63,056 bases of DNA, filler included, from Atractiella rhizophila (GCA_021432655.1; 9 parts of 7 records of this genome joined end to end with filler, not necessarily neighbours in it); one strand, 5' to 3'; counted from the whole stretch's first letter, positions 24,821 through 38,201 are shown. The notes: a model not told the origin generated them from the sequence alone. A program made the numbers and translations.

Positions 24821-25208
24821 GCATATTATGCTTGGCTCAGTCAGCTGTGCACTCTACTAGCCCAGTGAGCATTAGTGGGATGAGTGTGCTTCAACCAAGG
24901 TTTTCTGGTAAGTCTATGTCGCTGCTCAAGTATTGGCAGATGTCCACTGGGAAATTAAAAGGCATTGTTGGGAGAAAGGAAGGCGATTCTAAATGAGTGC
25001 GACTAGGTTCTATATGGTTTATCCTTTAAGAATAAAAAAAAGATCGTGCTAGCGAAAAATATGCATTATTCGAAGAAATGCATCCAGGATTTCATCGTTT
25101 TGAGTGCGGATGTATTGACGAATTGTTGCGTTTGCCCATAACAGATACTGAAAAATACATTATAATACTGAGGACAAAAAAACTGAATCTTTACTGACTG
25201 TTAGCGGT

Positions 25209-27431
25209 CTAAATATCAATTGGCATTGCGGCTTTTTCGTCATCTTTAGGTTTTTCGTTTTTCTTCTTGATACTGCAAGAAATAGGTTAATGCACAACCA
25301 AAAGGAATAATGAACACAAACTTGACGCTGTTGATGCAGAGCGCGGATATAAAGGCAACGCCTCCGGCTCCAATACCTGCTCTCAATTGAGTCCGTCAGA
25401 TCCTAAGGAGTTTTAACAACGCACCTAGTAGATAGACGTAGCTTAGCGCGTTGACATACTCGTGGACAATAGCAGGTCTCTGCTCCACGGGGACAACAGT
25501 GTAAATAGCTTGCACAGAAAGCTCGACGGCAGCCAAAACTCTGGGATCATAAGTTCCTTCCCGCGCAATGTGGTCCAGGTTGGTCGAAAGCTTATTGCCA
25601 AATATTGTTGCTGCGATAGAAATGCCAACGGTGGTTCCTAGACGTTGAAGGAAAGCAAAGCAAGCTGAGAATAAGTTGAGGTCTCTGGGATCTTTGGTAT
25701 TCGCTTGAACGGAGATGAGCACGTTTTGGAGGGCTGAGCCGACGCCGTATGCTAGGAGCACCTGAAAGCCGTACAACTTGGAATCGTCATGCTAGTCCCG
25801 CCCACAATTAAGTCTGTTGCTGCTAGCTTGGAGCATTTGGCTTACCTCATCTATTGTAAAGAACAAGCCGGAAGCGATACAGATAACTGGAGGCCCTGAA
25901 GCAATGATCCAGTAAAAGTTTCCGGTCTTCTTAACAATAATGCCCGTAATAGCAGTGAACACAATGACGCCGCAGAGGAAAGGGAGCAGGTCGAGACCGG
26001 ACTTGGTTGCAGAGTGATTCTTCGCCGCCTGCCAGTTGATCGGAATCCAATAACAGAACACAATACTAACACCCTCGTCAGCAACACTTCGGCAAGGCCG
26101 TCCTGAAAAATAGGACGCACAACGCAAAAAAGACGAAGAAGCTCGTCACTCCGGAGGCGACCTGTGTGCGGTGGGTAAAAAAGTTGAGAGGGAGAACGCG
26201 CTGCGGTCCAGCGACGTAGTACTCGTCTACTCAGACCATTAGTTGCCAGCTCGGATCGCTTGCATACACAAGTGAAGCAGACTTACACGGGATGAGTACT
26301 GCAAGAATCACCCCATACTCGTCTACTCAGACCATTAGTTGCCAGCTCGGATCGCTTGCATACACAAGTGAAGCAGACTTACACGGGATGAGTACTGCAA
26401 GAATCACCCCGGAACCTACAAAGCAACCGATGACACGACCGTCATTCCACGGGTAATCGTTGCCACCCTACCGTTCAACTTCATTAATATGCATCTGGTG
26501 AATATAAAGAAGCGGCGTACCCATTGAAGAGCGAGTAACAGGCAAGTAACGGCTGGCTCTCTCGTCAATTCAACTGAGTAGCGGTGCACTAGAAACATTT
26601 ACCTCCGAGAAGCAGAGTGGATCCGACCCAGTCAAGTGTCATCAATCGGAAGAAGAAGTTGGTCGCGGAAACGTCTCTGGCTCCAAAAATACCAAGGAGC
26701 CAACCCATCCTACGCCTGGTCCGGTCCGCCATTTCTGGTGAAAGCGCCGGTGCAGCAGCATTCTTGATGATGACGACGATAACCGCAATACTCAGAGCAC
26801 CAACCGGAAGATTGCTGGAATAAGTTAATATTGAGTCCTACTCCCGACGGATGAAAGAAGGCTTACACTGGGAAAAGCGTAAGATTGAGCATTCATGGAA
26901 ATGAAGAGGAAGAAACGTACTGTAAAAACACCATCTCCAGCTAACATGGTCTGTGAACGCACCTCCAATCAACGGGCCAATGATACTCGATAACCTGAGG
27001 AATCGCACCGCGTTATTCAATGGACATTCCAAAAGTGAGGGAAAATACGTGCCCAAAAACACCTCCAAATCCTCCTATAGTGAGGTACGTCAGCAAGAAA
27101 AAGCAAATCAAGAAATGACCGACCAAAGAAAACTGGTCGCTGCTCAAGTGTCGTGATCTCCGTGATAATCGATAGAATAGAGACGAATATTGCTATCAAA
27201 TGTGCCAGTTAGAACTCGGGAAGGAGGAAACAGCACGCATACCTGCTGCTCCTACGCCGGCCACTGCTCGTCCAAAGATGAGTAGCTATGAACCCGTCAA
27301 ACTTGTCGCCAGAACTGCAAGGGGGAACGGACGTTAACAGTAGTGGATACACCACATAGCAGCGATCCGATTTCGAAAATAATGACGGAGCTGATGAAGA
27401 TCCATTTACGATCACAAACGTTCAGTACGGT
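25209..27431 (-). pseudogene. MFS DHA2 copy B, 5'-truncated, with an internal 95-nt duplication
   Basis: Collinear and highly similar to 20465-22580. Ends abruptly at 27431. 26220-26314 is repeated at 26316-26410. Confidence 0.75.
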
Positions 27432-28434
27432 ATACTCGTCTACTCAGACCATTAGTTGCCAGCTCGGATCGCTTGCATACACAAGTGAAGCAGACTTACA
27501 CGGGATGAGTACTGCAAGAATCACCCCCGAACCTACAAAGCAACCGATGACACGACCGTCATTCCAGGGGTAATCGTTGCCACCCTACCGTTCACCTTCA
27601 TTAATATGCATCTCACTGAATGTAAAGAAGCGGCGCACCCATTGAAGAGCAAGTAACAAGCAAGTGACGGCTGGCTCTCTCGTCAATTCAACTCCTTAGC
27701 GGTGTTCCAGAAACATTACCTCCAAGAAGCAGAGTGGATCCAACCCAGTCAAGTGTCATCAATCGGAAGAAGAAGTTGGTCGCGGAAACGTCTCTGGCTC
27801 CAAAGACACCAAGGAGCCATCCCATCCTACGCCTGGTCCGGTCCGCCATTTCTGGTGAAAGCGCTGGTGCGGCAGCATTCTTGATGATGACGACGATAAC
27901 CGCAATACTCAGAGCACCAACCGGGAGATTGCTGGAATAAGTCAATGTTGAGTTTTCCTTCAGACGGATGAAGCAGGCTTACACTGGGAAAAGCGTAAGC
28001 TTGAGCAATCATGGAAATAAAGAGGAAAAAACATGCTGTAAAAGCACCATCTCCAGCTAACATGGTCAGTGAACGCGCCACCGATCAACGGGCCAATGAT
28101 ACTCGATAACCTGAGGAATCGCACCGCGTTATCCAATGGACATTCCAAAAGTGAGGGAAAATACGTGCCCAAAAACACCTCCAAATCCGCCTATAGTGAG
28201 GGACGTCAGCAAGAAAAAGCAAATCAAGAAATGACCAACCAAAGAAAACTGGTCGCTGCTCAAGCGTCGTGATCTCTGTGATAATCGATAGAATAGAGAC
28301 GAATATTGCTATCAAATGGGCTCGTTAGAACTCGTGAAGGAGGAAACAGCACGCATACCTGCTGCTCCTACACCGGCCACTGCTCGTCCAAAGATGAGTA
28401 GCTATGAATCCGTCAAACTTGTCACCAGAACTGC
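27432..28434 (-). pseudogene. MFS DHA2 copy C, internal fragment only
   Basis: Corresponds to about 21471-22468 of copy A. Similarity stops 4 nt into an intron at 28434. Confidence 0.75.
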
Positions 28435-29624
28435 TAACTATCAGAGACCAAATACAGTTTGAAGGTTTAAAGCTCGGACGTGCGACCTTCTCTTTCGTGA
28501 GCAGCCTCGTCCTTTCTAACTTCGCGCTCTCTCGAAACTACTCTCGACGCTGGTTAGCCTTTATAGTCCGGCGTAAAATCAGACCCTTAACCTTCGAAGC
28601 GCCGTTTCCTTTGTTAACAAGGCTCAGCACGACTAAGCAGGTGTACAAATGCCCTACGAACGGACATCGAATGCAAAGGAGCTCAAGCCCCAGCTCAAGC
28701 CCAAAATTTGAAGGAACGTGAACAGTTGTTGTGGGCGTAACATAACGTGTTTAAAGGACAGGAATATATTGCGCTGGCGCAGCTTGGCAACTACACGGCT
28801 GTCTGAGCAGTCGTCTCCCCGTTCGACGATTGGGAGGGCGTCAACGTAGGACAGGTAACTCGTCTGTAAATATTTATAACTCGTGGAGCTTGGTTCGACG
28901 TAAGAAGAAGAAGGTTAACAGGGGGGGAATAGGTGCTATGGGCTAGTGATCGTTTGTACTAGCTGCTTCGACGGTGAGAGTTCCTACTCAGGGAGGCACG
29001 GAGTCTCCTGTTGTTACTTTTCAATGGCGTTAGGGGGAGTAGACTTTTCCTGCTCTTTGTCAACTTCTTGCTGTGGCTTCTACAGCTACCTCGCTTCCTA
29101 TCGCCTCTTCTTTTTCTTTTTCTTTCGTCAGCTGCTAGGTCTAAGGTTTCAAGAAGTACCTAAAGTCGAGACCCAGGCAGGAAGATGAGTAAGGTACAAA
29201 CTCACTTTTTCGTAGGATTTTTCAAACTGTCCGACAAATGAAAAGAGAGGAGAAGAGGTAAAAAGGAGCAACGTGAGCTAGTTTGCTAAGAACGCGGACG
29301 AGACGGTCAGTAGCAGAGATTTAAGTTGCGAGAGTTACTTTAGCCTACCCATAGGAGACGGATGAAGGACACTCGGACACATAAAAGATGGTACTTTGTA
29401 GTTGACTGGAGCACCACTAAGTTCCTGAGTTCAAGCAACCAAAGAAGAGTGAGTAGTCCCTTTACGGGGGATTTCCCTACACGAGTCTCACCGGAATACG
29501 AGAAAACCCCTTGGCATGACTTGCAAACACTAGCATTTACCTAGAAGTAGTCGAGGCAGTAATAAAAGCTTTAGCCTAGCGACGATACACCACATAGGTG
29601 ATGACAGTTACAAGCAAGGGGGAA

Positions 29625-30419
29625 NNNNNNNNNNNNNNNNNNNNNNNNNNNNNNNNNNNNNNNNNNNNNNNNNNNNNNNNNNNNNNNNNNNNNNNNNNNN
29701 NNNNNNNNNNNNNNNNNNNNNNNNNNNNNNNNNNNNNNNNNNNNNNNNNNNNNNNNNNNNNNNNNNNNNNNNNNNNNNNNNNNNNNNNNNNNNNNNNNNN
29801 NNNNNNNNNNNNNNNNNNNNNNNNNNNNNNNNNNNNNNNNNNNNNNNNNNNNNNNNNNNNNNNNNNNNNNNNNNNNNNNNNNNNNNNNNNNNNNNNNNNN
29901 NNNNNNNNNNNNNNNNNNNNNNNNNNNNNNNNNNNNNNNNNNNNNNNNNNNNNNNNNNNNNNNNNNNNNNNNNNNNNNNNNNNNNNNNNNNNNNNNNNNN
30001 NNNNNNNNNNNNNNNNNNNNNNNNNNNNNNNNNNNNNNNNNNNNNNNNNNNNNNNNNNNNNNNNNNNNNNNNNNNNNNNNNNNNNNNNNNNNNNNNNNNN
30101 NNNNNNNNNNNNNNNNNNNNNNNNNNNNNNNNNNNNNNNNNNNNNNNNNNNNNNNNNNNNNNNNNNNNNNNNNNNNNNNNNNNNNNNNNNNNNNNNNNNN
30201 NNNNNNNNNNNNNNNNNNNNNNNNNNNNNNNNNNNNNNNNNNNNNNNNNNNNNNNNNNNNNNNNNNNNNNNNNNNNNNNNNNNNNNNNNNNNNNNNNNNN
30301 NNNNNNNNNNNNNNNNNNNNNNNNNNNNNNNNNNNNNNNNNNNNNNNNNNNNNNNNNNNNNNNNNNNNNNNNNNNNNNNNNNNNNNNNNNNNNNNNNNNN
30401 NNNNNNNNNNNNNNNNNNN
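29625..30419. other. Sized assembly gap (795 N, no linker)
   Basis: N run; probably hides the Nudix start codon. Confidence 0.97.
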
Positions 30420-31767
30420 TTGCAGACGAGCGACTCGAAGTGGGTGGGACTAAAGAGCATCGATTGGGTCGACGAAGACGGGAAGACTGTATGTGTATTT
30501 GAGCTGATAATCTAACTTTCTGCACTTTTCGTGCAATAAGTTATGTCAAGAGTTATGTGCATTTCCAATTTGGAAGAGGTGGCCAAAGTCAAACAAAATA
30601 GGTGAAAATCAGGCACAAATATTCTGATGTACGCTTGCCCTTGTCCTATTAGTTGGCATTCGAGTTTCGGTATTGTAAAGCATAGGGGATATCACTGCGC
30701 TCTTCGTTGGTTTACTTAGGGTAGACAGAAGGGTGATGTCTTTAGGATTTTGAGTGCTAAGTAAAGGTCTTTGATGAAGAGGAAGAAGTGAATTTCTTTT
30801 TAGTAAGAGGTTAAACCACCATGACAAAAGTTACTACCTTGTTGGCTATCATACTGTGAAGCTGCCTATACTAACGCCCCCAATGCATTCCTTCAAGGTG
30901 TTTGATTGCATGCCAATAATTGGGCCTGTCCCGTCTCCTTTCCTTGTCACATCCCACGAGAGACCTGATTTAGACTAATCCTGGTGTTACCACAGAGAAA
31001 ATGGGAATCAGCCGAAAGGAAGACTCGTTCAGAAGGCGGGATAGACGGTTCGTTCGATTCCTTCTATATCAAAGACTGTCTCCTTAAATGTCTTCTAAAA
31101 CCATTAGCTGTTTCGATCTTCACGCTACTCCAATCCACAAATCCCTCTACATCCCCAAGCACGATAATAATCCTTCAATACCGACCCCCGCTCCAAGCCA
31201 TCTGCGTAGAATTCCCCGCGGGCTTGATCGATAAAGGGGAGACACCAGAGCAGGCGGCGGTGAGGGAACTGAGGGAGGAGACGGGGTACGGAGCGGATGG
31301 AAAAGAGGACCGGGTTGAGGTTGTTCACGCATCGGCGGCCATTGGGGCCGATCCTGGTACGATTCTCTCCCTCGACATGACAGTTCGAGACTCACAGAAG
31401 ATGCTGACGGTAACTGATGGGTTAAAGGAATGTCGAACGCCAATATGAAGCTGGTCACTTTGAAGGTCACGGTCGAGGACGGAGAGTTAGAGCCCCAGGC
31501 TCAACTTGATGAAGGTAAACTCGCTTTTTCTGTTAGCATTTGACGACTTCTCATGCTTCCAAAAGGGGAACACATCGAGAAGCGCCGCGTCCCGTTGAAC
31601 CGTTCGTCGCTCCCACTCTTTGTCCAAGGAAGGCTGACTGAAAGTTGATGTGTTCAGAGCTTTACGAAGTCTTACAGGGATACGAGAAGCTTGGATATGT
31701 TGTAGATGCTCGTCTTTCTCATTTCGCGTGGGGTTTGGAAGTCGGGAAGAAGTACCTGAAGAATTGA
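30420..31767 (+). CDS. ADP-ribose pyrophosphatase (Nudix, Ysa1/NUDT5-like); 5' end in gap
   Basis: KWVGLKSIDWVDEDGKT / intron 30489-30995 / RKWESAERKTR, QYRPP..CVEFPAGLIDKGETPEQAAVRELREETGY (Nudix box), ADPG, LDEGEHIE, VDARLSHFAWG. Confidence 0.92.
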
Positions 31768-32217
31768 TTGAACAAGCCGGGCACGAACACAGTTGAGAAG
31801 AGATGTACCATTATATTCCAGTTGTAAAGACCGAATGGCGAGATGACACTCGCACTTTGCACAGAGAATGCACTGGACAAACTTAGTTACACGTTGATTG
31901 ACGCTTTTGATGACAATTAAAAGAAAGGTAAGCCAATCAAAGGCGAAGCATTATCAACAAAGATGAAGTAGGCACTGAAAGCGGAGAACTACTACTTGAC
32001 ATTGAAGTGCTCGATATCAACATCCAACTTGATTGCGACGTATGGGAAAGAATCAAGAAGTATGAACTGAATATAATAAACATGTTTTGCTTGATTTGCT
32101 TGGTTATACAATGCATGGGCTGGCAAGGGTGATGTTAGAACTGAGGCGAAATGTGCGAGTCTGGACGGAGAAAAACATCGGATGGAGAGGATGCTTGAAG
32201 CTCTAAACGGCAAAATG

Positions 32218-35200
32218 CTACCGTATCGGGGATCCTGCAATTCTTCGCTTCACCTTCTCGATACTGATAATGAGCTGTGCCTCCATCACAGGCCTGTTTC
32301 CTTGCATCAGCCCATAGACTAGCGGAATATTCAGCAAAGACGCACTTCGTTAGCACCTCGTCAGCACCTTTCCGCAAATATTCCTCTTGGTCCTCTTTCA
32401 GAGCGTTACCCGTCACACCCACAATCCAATCTTTCCTCCCCGCCTCCTTTATCTTGGTTGAAACCACCGTTCCATTGAGTACCGGCATTTGATTATCCAT
32501 GAAGATCACATCATAATGCCGTGGCTCCCTCCCCTTCGTGCCCAAACAGAGATCCAGTGCGATTTGCCCATTCTCGGCCTGTTCTACATCCAAACCCAAC
32601 CGCTTCAGCATTCGCCCCATGAGCATCCGCGTCACGGGATCGTCCTCCACGATAAGGCATCTCAAGCGAGTCGAAGATCTCGGATCTAGCTCTCCGACAG
32701 AAGAGTCGGTCCGCGATGTCGATGGTCGTTTGAGATCGAGGAAGGCAGCCGAATCCATCGATCTCCTCTTCACCGATACCTCAGAGTCAGACGTTATCTC
32801 TCGTTCGTGAGGCTGTGCTTTGGACCCCTTGTCCAATAGGATGGGAAGGTAACCATATTCCGTGTTGTAACTTGAAGGCGTCGAGATGCTGCTGCCAATC
32901 TTCGACAAAGACCCAACCGGAGTCAAAGACGGACGAAGTGGCGGACGTTTGGGACGGTCAACAGGTTCTGTAGCAGCAGATATTTCGCTCAAGAGTTCGC
33001 TGACTGGCTTGAAATCGTAATGACTACGATAATCTAAACCTGGAGTAGGGGGAGGAGCCGAGGAGCAGTCTGCTATTCCTAATCCGAACTCGACCCAAAA
33101 GCATGACCCTACTCCGTATTTACTTTGGACTCCTAGTCGACCTCTCGAGTGTTGGACGATACTTCGAATCAAGGCGAGACCAAGGCCCGTCCCCTTTCCA
33201 CCTTGCTCTAATCCTTGATGTGTTTGAACGTAAGGAGAAAATAGCCGGTTAGCCTTCATCTCTTCTGATTTGATTCCCGGTCCTGTATCATGTACTTCGA
33301 TACGGACGCCAATGTGTGAGGGGAGAGAAGGGATATTGGAGCTCCCAGATGACTGGTCACTCGGAAAGGGAGGGTAAGGGGTGAGAAGTTTGGTGACGAT
33401 GTTGATGGTTCCGTTTTCTGGCGTAAATTTGATAGCATTGCTGATCAGACTGCCGCAAAGAAAGTTAGAAAAAAAGTAGCAGACAGCCGGAAAAAACTGA
33501 CTTGGTTACTACTTGACGAATCCTGATTTGATCACCACAAACCAAACCGTCTGAGCAACACTCCGCCTCATTCTTCCTCCCCAATGCCAAACAGCCAAGA
33601 GCTCTCGCCGAAAGCTCCACCCGTTCATCCAAACTTTCGATCAACGTCAATTTTTTGTTCTGGCAGCCGACTCTTGCGCTCCCTAGCAAGCTCTTGATCA
33701 GTTTGTGGAACGAGAATGGGTTGTACGAGGTGGCGAATCGACCCGCTTCCATCCGATTGAAATCGAGCACGTCATTCAGTACATTCTGGACCATGACAAG
33801 CGAGCCTTCAAGAGCGATGAATTCGACGTTTTGATCGCTTCCGTCTAAGTTGTCAAACACTCCAGCCGCTTGCATGTTCTGAAACAAGATGAGAATCGAA
33901 AAGAATGCACTGTAGCCACATACCTGGACCGCGAGAAGAGCTGTGTTGAGAGGAACCTGATCCAATCATCGTTAACCACCTTAATATTCAATGCCGATGA
34001 TAGCTTACCCTGATCTCGTGAAAAAGATAGTTGAAGAACCGCTTTTTGCTGTCAGACGCTTTACGTTCTCTGACTTGTGCCTTCGCTAGTGCAATATGTT
34101 GCGTTTTCAACTGTTCTTTGAGGTTGAATGTCTTGCGTAGGTTAGTCTCTTGCATGTATGCCTGGAGAACGAGGATAGCGTTAAAGATGGTGAAATTGAC
34201 GACACTGCCGAGGAAATCTCTCAATACTGCCTTATAAACATGAGATGAAGCGAACATACTGTCGAATCCAGGTATACCGATAGGGGAGAATGAGACCGCA
34301 TGTCAGTCCAACCCAGTAAGCCGTACCTAGGATGGAAAAAAATCGGGATTGACCCATTGCGAGAAGGGCCAGTACCGGAGCTTGAAGGCCGTAGAAAAAT
34401 GTGGCAAGAAAGTCACGACCATGGCAGGACATCTTTTTGGGGTCATAATAGCCGCAGAAGTACAGGTCGTACAAACTAAGAATCCCAGTGAGCAAACTAG
34501 GGGTTAAGGGATGGAATGTACTTGGTCGAAGCCCATAACCAGGTTTGAACGAAGAGAGCGATTTGCCATCTGCTTGCAACTCAGTTTTAAAGGAAGGGAC
34601 ATGTCAGAGAAACTTACATCCACCACCTTTTAAGAGGGAAGTCGAAGTATACAAAGACAGGCAAGGCGACAAGGAGTGGCGGGCAGATGTAGCGGTAGAC
34701 GATGATTTCGACCTCTGTCCACGGCTCTGGGAGGAGCGCAAGGACAAATATCCAAATGACGACTTGAAAGAGGGAGACGCAAAACGCGATCCTTTTCTGC
34801 GAGTGCCACCACTACTCAAGGCCTGTAAGACGAGAATAGTAGACAAAACAGGCGACACACTTCAGTCTGAAATGCCAACTCGCGATCACGATCTTGAAAC
34901 GTCTGGCCCCAACAGAACCTCCAGATAACTTTTTCAGACATCGTTAGCCACCGGCTCTTCTTATTCACATCCATCTCTTCCAACTTCTCTTCGTTATCTC
35001 TGGAACTTGCAAACTTCCAGCTAGTGGGAGGCGGAGGTGGAGAACGGTCAGGCGATCGAAGAACATTGTCTACGATGATCTCATCCACCTCGTTGTCGTC
35101 GACTTCGGGGAGATCGATGACAATGGGAGCGGGAGAGGGATTCTCTTTTTCATCCGCTGAGTTTTCGAGGGAGTTGAGTGTTGCGAAGTGGGTGTCTGGT

Positions 35201-35626
35201 AGGGGAGGAGCTGGGATAGCAGGAGAGTAAGCGTAGGGGTTTATATGGCGGCGGGTCAGGAAAGCAGAGCGCTTTTGACGCTGAGACATCGTGACTTTCT
35301 CTGAAAGTCGGTGATGTCTGGGGAGCATAATTTTCGGAACACCTTGGGCTTTTATACTATCCCAGGCTGGATTAAGGCGTGCTCCAGCCACTTTTGCGCC
35401 AGGAGGCCGGATGCGGGTCCCATCCCAAAACCGGCACGACAGCTGAAGTAACAACAAACTCACCTCTCAGTCCAGTCCTAAACCGTTTCCATCCTCTTTT
35501 TATCATTCCCACGACCCCAGCTGACTCCCCATTCACATCTTCATCCACTCGTGAACCCCTGGTGGATCCTGACCGCTTTCTGCTGTTGTGGACTGGTTTT
35601 TGTGATTCCAGATCAATTTTTTGCAT
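32218..35626 (-). CDS. Membrane-bound hybrid histidine kinase (TM region + HisKA + HATPase_c + receiver)
   Basis: H-box FNYLFHEIR/VPLNTA, LNDVLDFNRMEAG, N-box GDQIRIRQVVT, EVHDTGPGI, F/G2 LFSPYVQT..GKGTGLGLAL. Receiver LIVEDD..IFMDNQMPVLNG..GVTGNA..LTK/P. Confidence 0.93.
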
Positions 35627-38194
35627 AGTTGCGTATTCACAAGTGGAAATGAGAGGACTGGGTCTAAAAGAGAAGTTCAAGGTCAGCACTTTGCCTCTGC
35701 ATGCAGCGGAATTCGAGCGGTGGGAAATAACCCAAACAAACTCATTGCAAGAGGCATGAAAGAATATTCGTCATTTCAACACAGCTTAGAGGGACTGCAG
35801 CAGCGAGAATTGATGATTGCCCAGGACCAAATCCGTCAAAAGTTGAAACTCACGATAGCTTGTTTTGATTTCTTCGCACCTGCACTTTTGATACCAGCAG
35901 CCGACGGCAACTCACCGTCCCAGGCGTCCTCGATGCTGAATGTGCTGCTACGATGGATGGCTGAAGGTGGCTGAGGGACTGAGGTGTCAGCGCGAGAATC
36001 TCGCGGGCGAAGGACAAGCTTTGCCGTGATCGGCAGGATCCACAAGGATCTACCAGATCGAAGCTAAACATAAATATGTACAAATACACGCAGCATCCAG
36101 GATTCTGGTTTAGTGGTTTCTTTCCACCGGATATCAGTGGTTTCATTTCAAAGATTATCGCAATGGTCGAATTATCGTTGTGCGAGGGCTACTAGCTTAT
36201 ACTGCGTTAGAAGGTACACTACGGGACAGAACTGTGAGACCCAGCAAGTGCGTATAGCTCACACACATTGAAGAGCTAGCAGTAAAAATAAACAATAGTT
36301 TACATTTGAGCGCTTTGAGCCATCTTAGACCACCCTTCATGCATGATGCATGATAGCCTATTGGCTTTAAAGAGTCTGGGTTGTGTGACGGACGACCTAC
36401 CTCGTGAGCGGGAATATAATGGACCAATCTCAGATTGTTCGGGACATCTTTGTCCTTCCTGGAGCTCGGAACGTTAAAGTATTCTTGGTTAATTTGCCAT
36501 CAGAAGTCAATCCACGCTCAGATACTCTCTTCAAGTGAACAGGGACAAGGCATGCACATGTTTCTAATCGATTTGTCTTCTCGATTTTTCTTGATGGCTT
36601 CCTCGTGGGAGGACAGAGGGTGAACTTACCATATCTGACGAGCGAGGGGAATCCTGTACCTCATGAAATTAGATGGTTGTAGGTAATCTACTCCAGGAAG
36701 TACTTTCCGTGGAGTATCCTCGCCGTCCCAATCAGAAGAAATAAGAAATTTGACACTTTTATCATGTCGCGCTTGCCCAAATATCATGTACTCAGTAGTC
36801 GTGCCGCGAGTAAAAAACGTATACTGAAAAGGGAAATGAAGCAGAGCAAGAAGCCTCATACTTTGAAACCCTGACTGCGGTGGCTGAAGCTCTGAAGTCG
36901 AATGTGTAAACTGTAAGTGTCGTCATCATTCCATGCGAGACGTACAATAATGCGATAAAACTCTGTCTTGGACGTCTTGGATCTAATGAGATGGCTTGGT
37001 TTATTCAATCGTAACCGAAGCCTCGATGTGGCTTGTTTCCCTCATCGATATTCGATCTCAAATGGGCATTTTCCAATAATTCCCCACCAAGTGAAGTTGA
37101 ACAGAGAGAGGATTATAAAGCACAATGCGGTATCCGATTCCTTTTACACAATGCTGTGAGGAGGCGACTCACAGAATGTTATCCTAAACAAGTTCATCTT
37201 TGCATATGCACCCTTGAAAGCTTTAAAACTGACAGTTTAAACGGTATTGGTAACGTCTGCCGCTCATAAATCTTTAAGCGCAACAATGTCGGTAATCTGG
37301 TACCCATTTCGTGACGAGCATCGCAAGCTTGATCTATAGATCCAGGGTACCTTCGTTTGACCGTTATCCTTTCCGACAACCAAGGATACTCATGAAAAAT
37401 CAGAATGAAAGCGAAGTTGACTGCATGAGTAGTACCTTTCAAATTGCAATATAAATGCAGATTCGTTGGCCACCCAATTGCGTATGGATGCTCCGTTTCA
37501 GAATCACTACGGTTGCAAGATGTTGTCGGTGCTAGAGAAATTCATTATCGTTAGACACGGCGAGAAGTTATAATGTCAGAGAACAAAGAACAAAGGCAGC
37601 TTAAGCGCTAGGATGAGACTTAGCAATCTGTTTACGGAAGTACTGTGTTTAGGAACATAAGTGGAGACAAACAATGGCATCTGACGAGCATTCTCAGAGG
37701 AGGCGCAACGTATTCATTTCCATCAAAGCAACTTGTCACACACCGTTGCATATTATTGCTATGAGACTGATAGAACATCCAGAACACTTCCTAGAACTGA
37801 TCCAAACCGCTTTCAAACCAGCTTCTTTATCCCTCTAGTCAAACCGGTTAGAGATGCAAGACTGCTCCTTCCGGAAAAAGCGTTTTTCTCTCGAATTCAG
37901 AATCGATGAAACCAAAGAATCCAATTTGCAAAACGTTGATGTTGAGTCGGAATAACAACAGCGTCTCTTTTCTTCGTTCCCCGCTGCATTCCTTGTCCTT
38001 CTCCTGTAAGACTGTGTGGACCCAGTCACTGCGGGTATTTCTTCGGGAGAGGATGCGGACCATCTTCACTGGCAGCGCCACAAGCCTGTGGGATCGGGAT
38101 TGTGAAGGATGAGTTCCATCCTTCCGCATTGTTCTCCACAAAGGATATCCCGTATTCGAAACAGCGAGTGACTCCCACATCCAAGCCCTATCCA

Positions 38195-38201
38195 TATAAA
38201 A
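38195..38201 (+). promoter_or_regulatory. TATA box of the small secreted peptide gene
   Basis: TATAAAA about 60 nt upstream of the ATG at 38256. Confidence 0.6.

Noticed and set aside
29576..30525. About 300-aa ORFs across the gap
   Set aside because: Translations of N.
35630..38190. Short ORFs or RNA genes in the long intergenic region
   Set aside because: No recognisable motifs, splice-consistent model or tRNA cloverleaf; treated as regulatory DNA.
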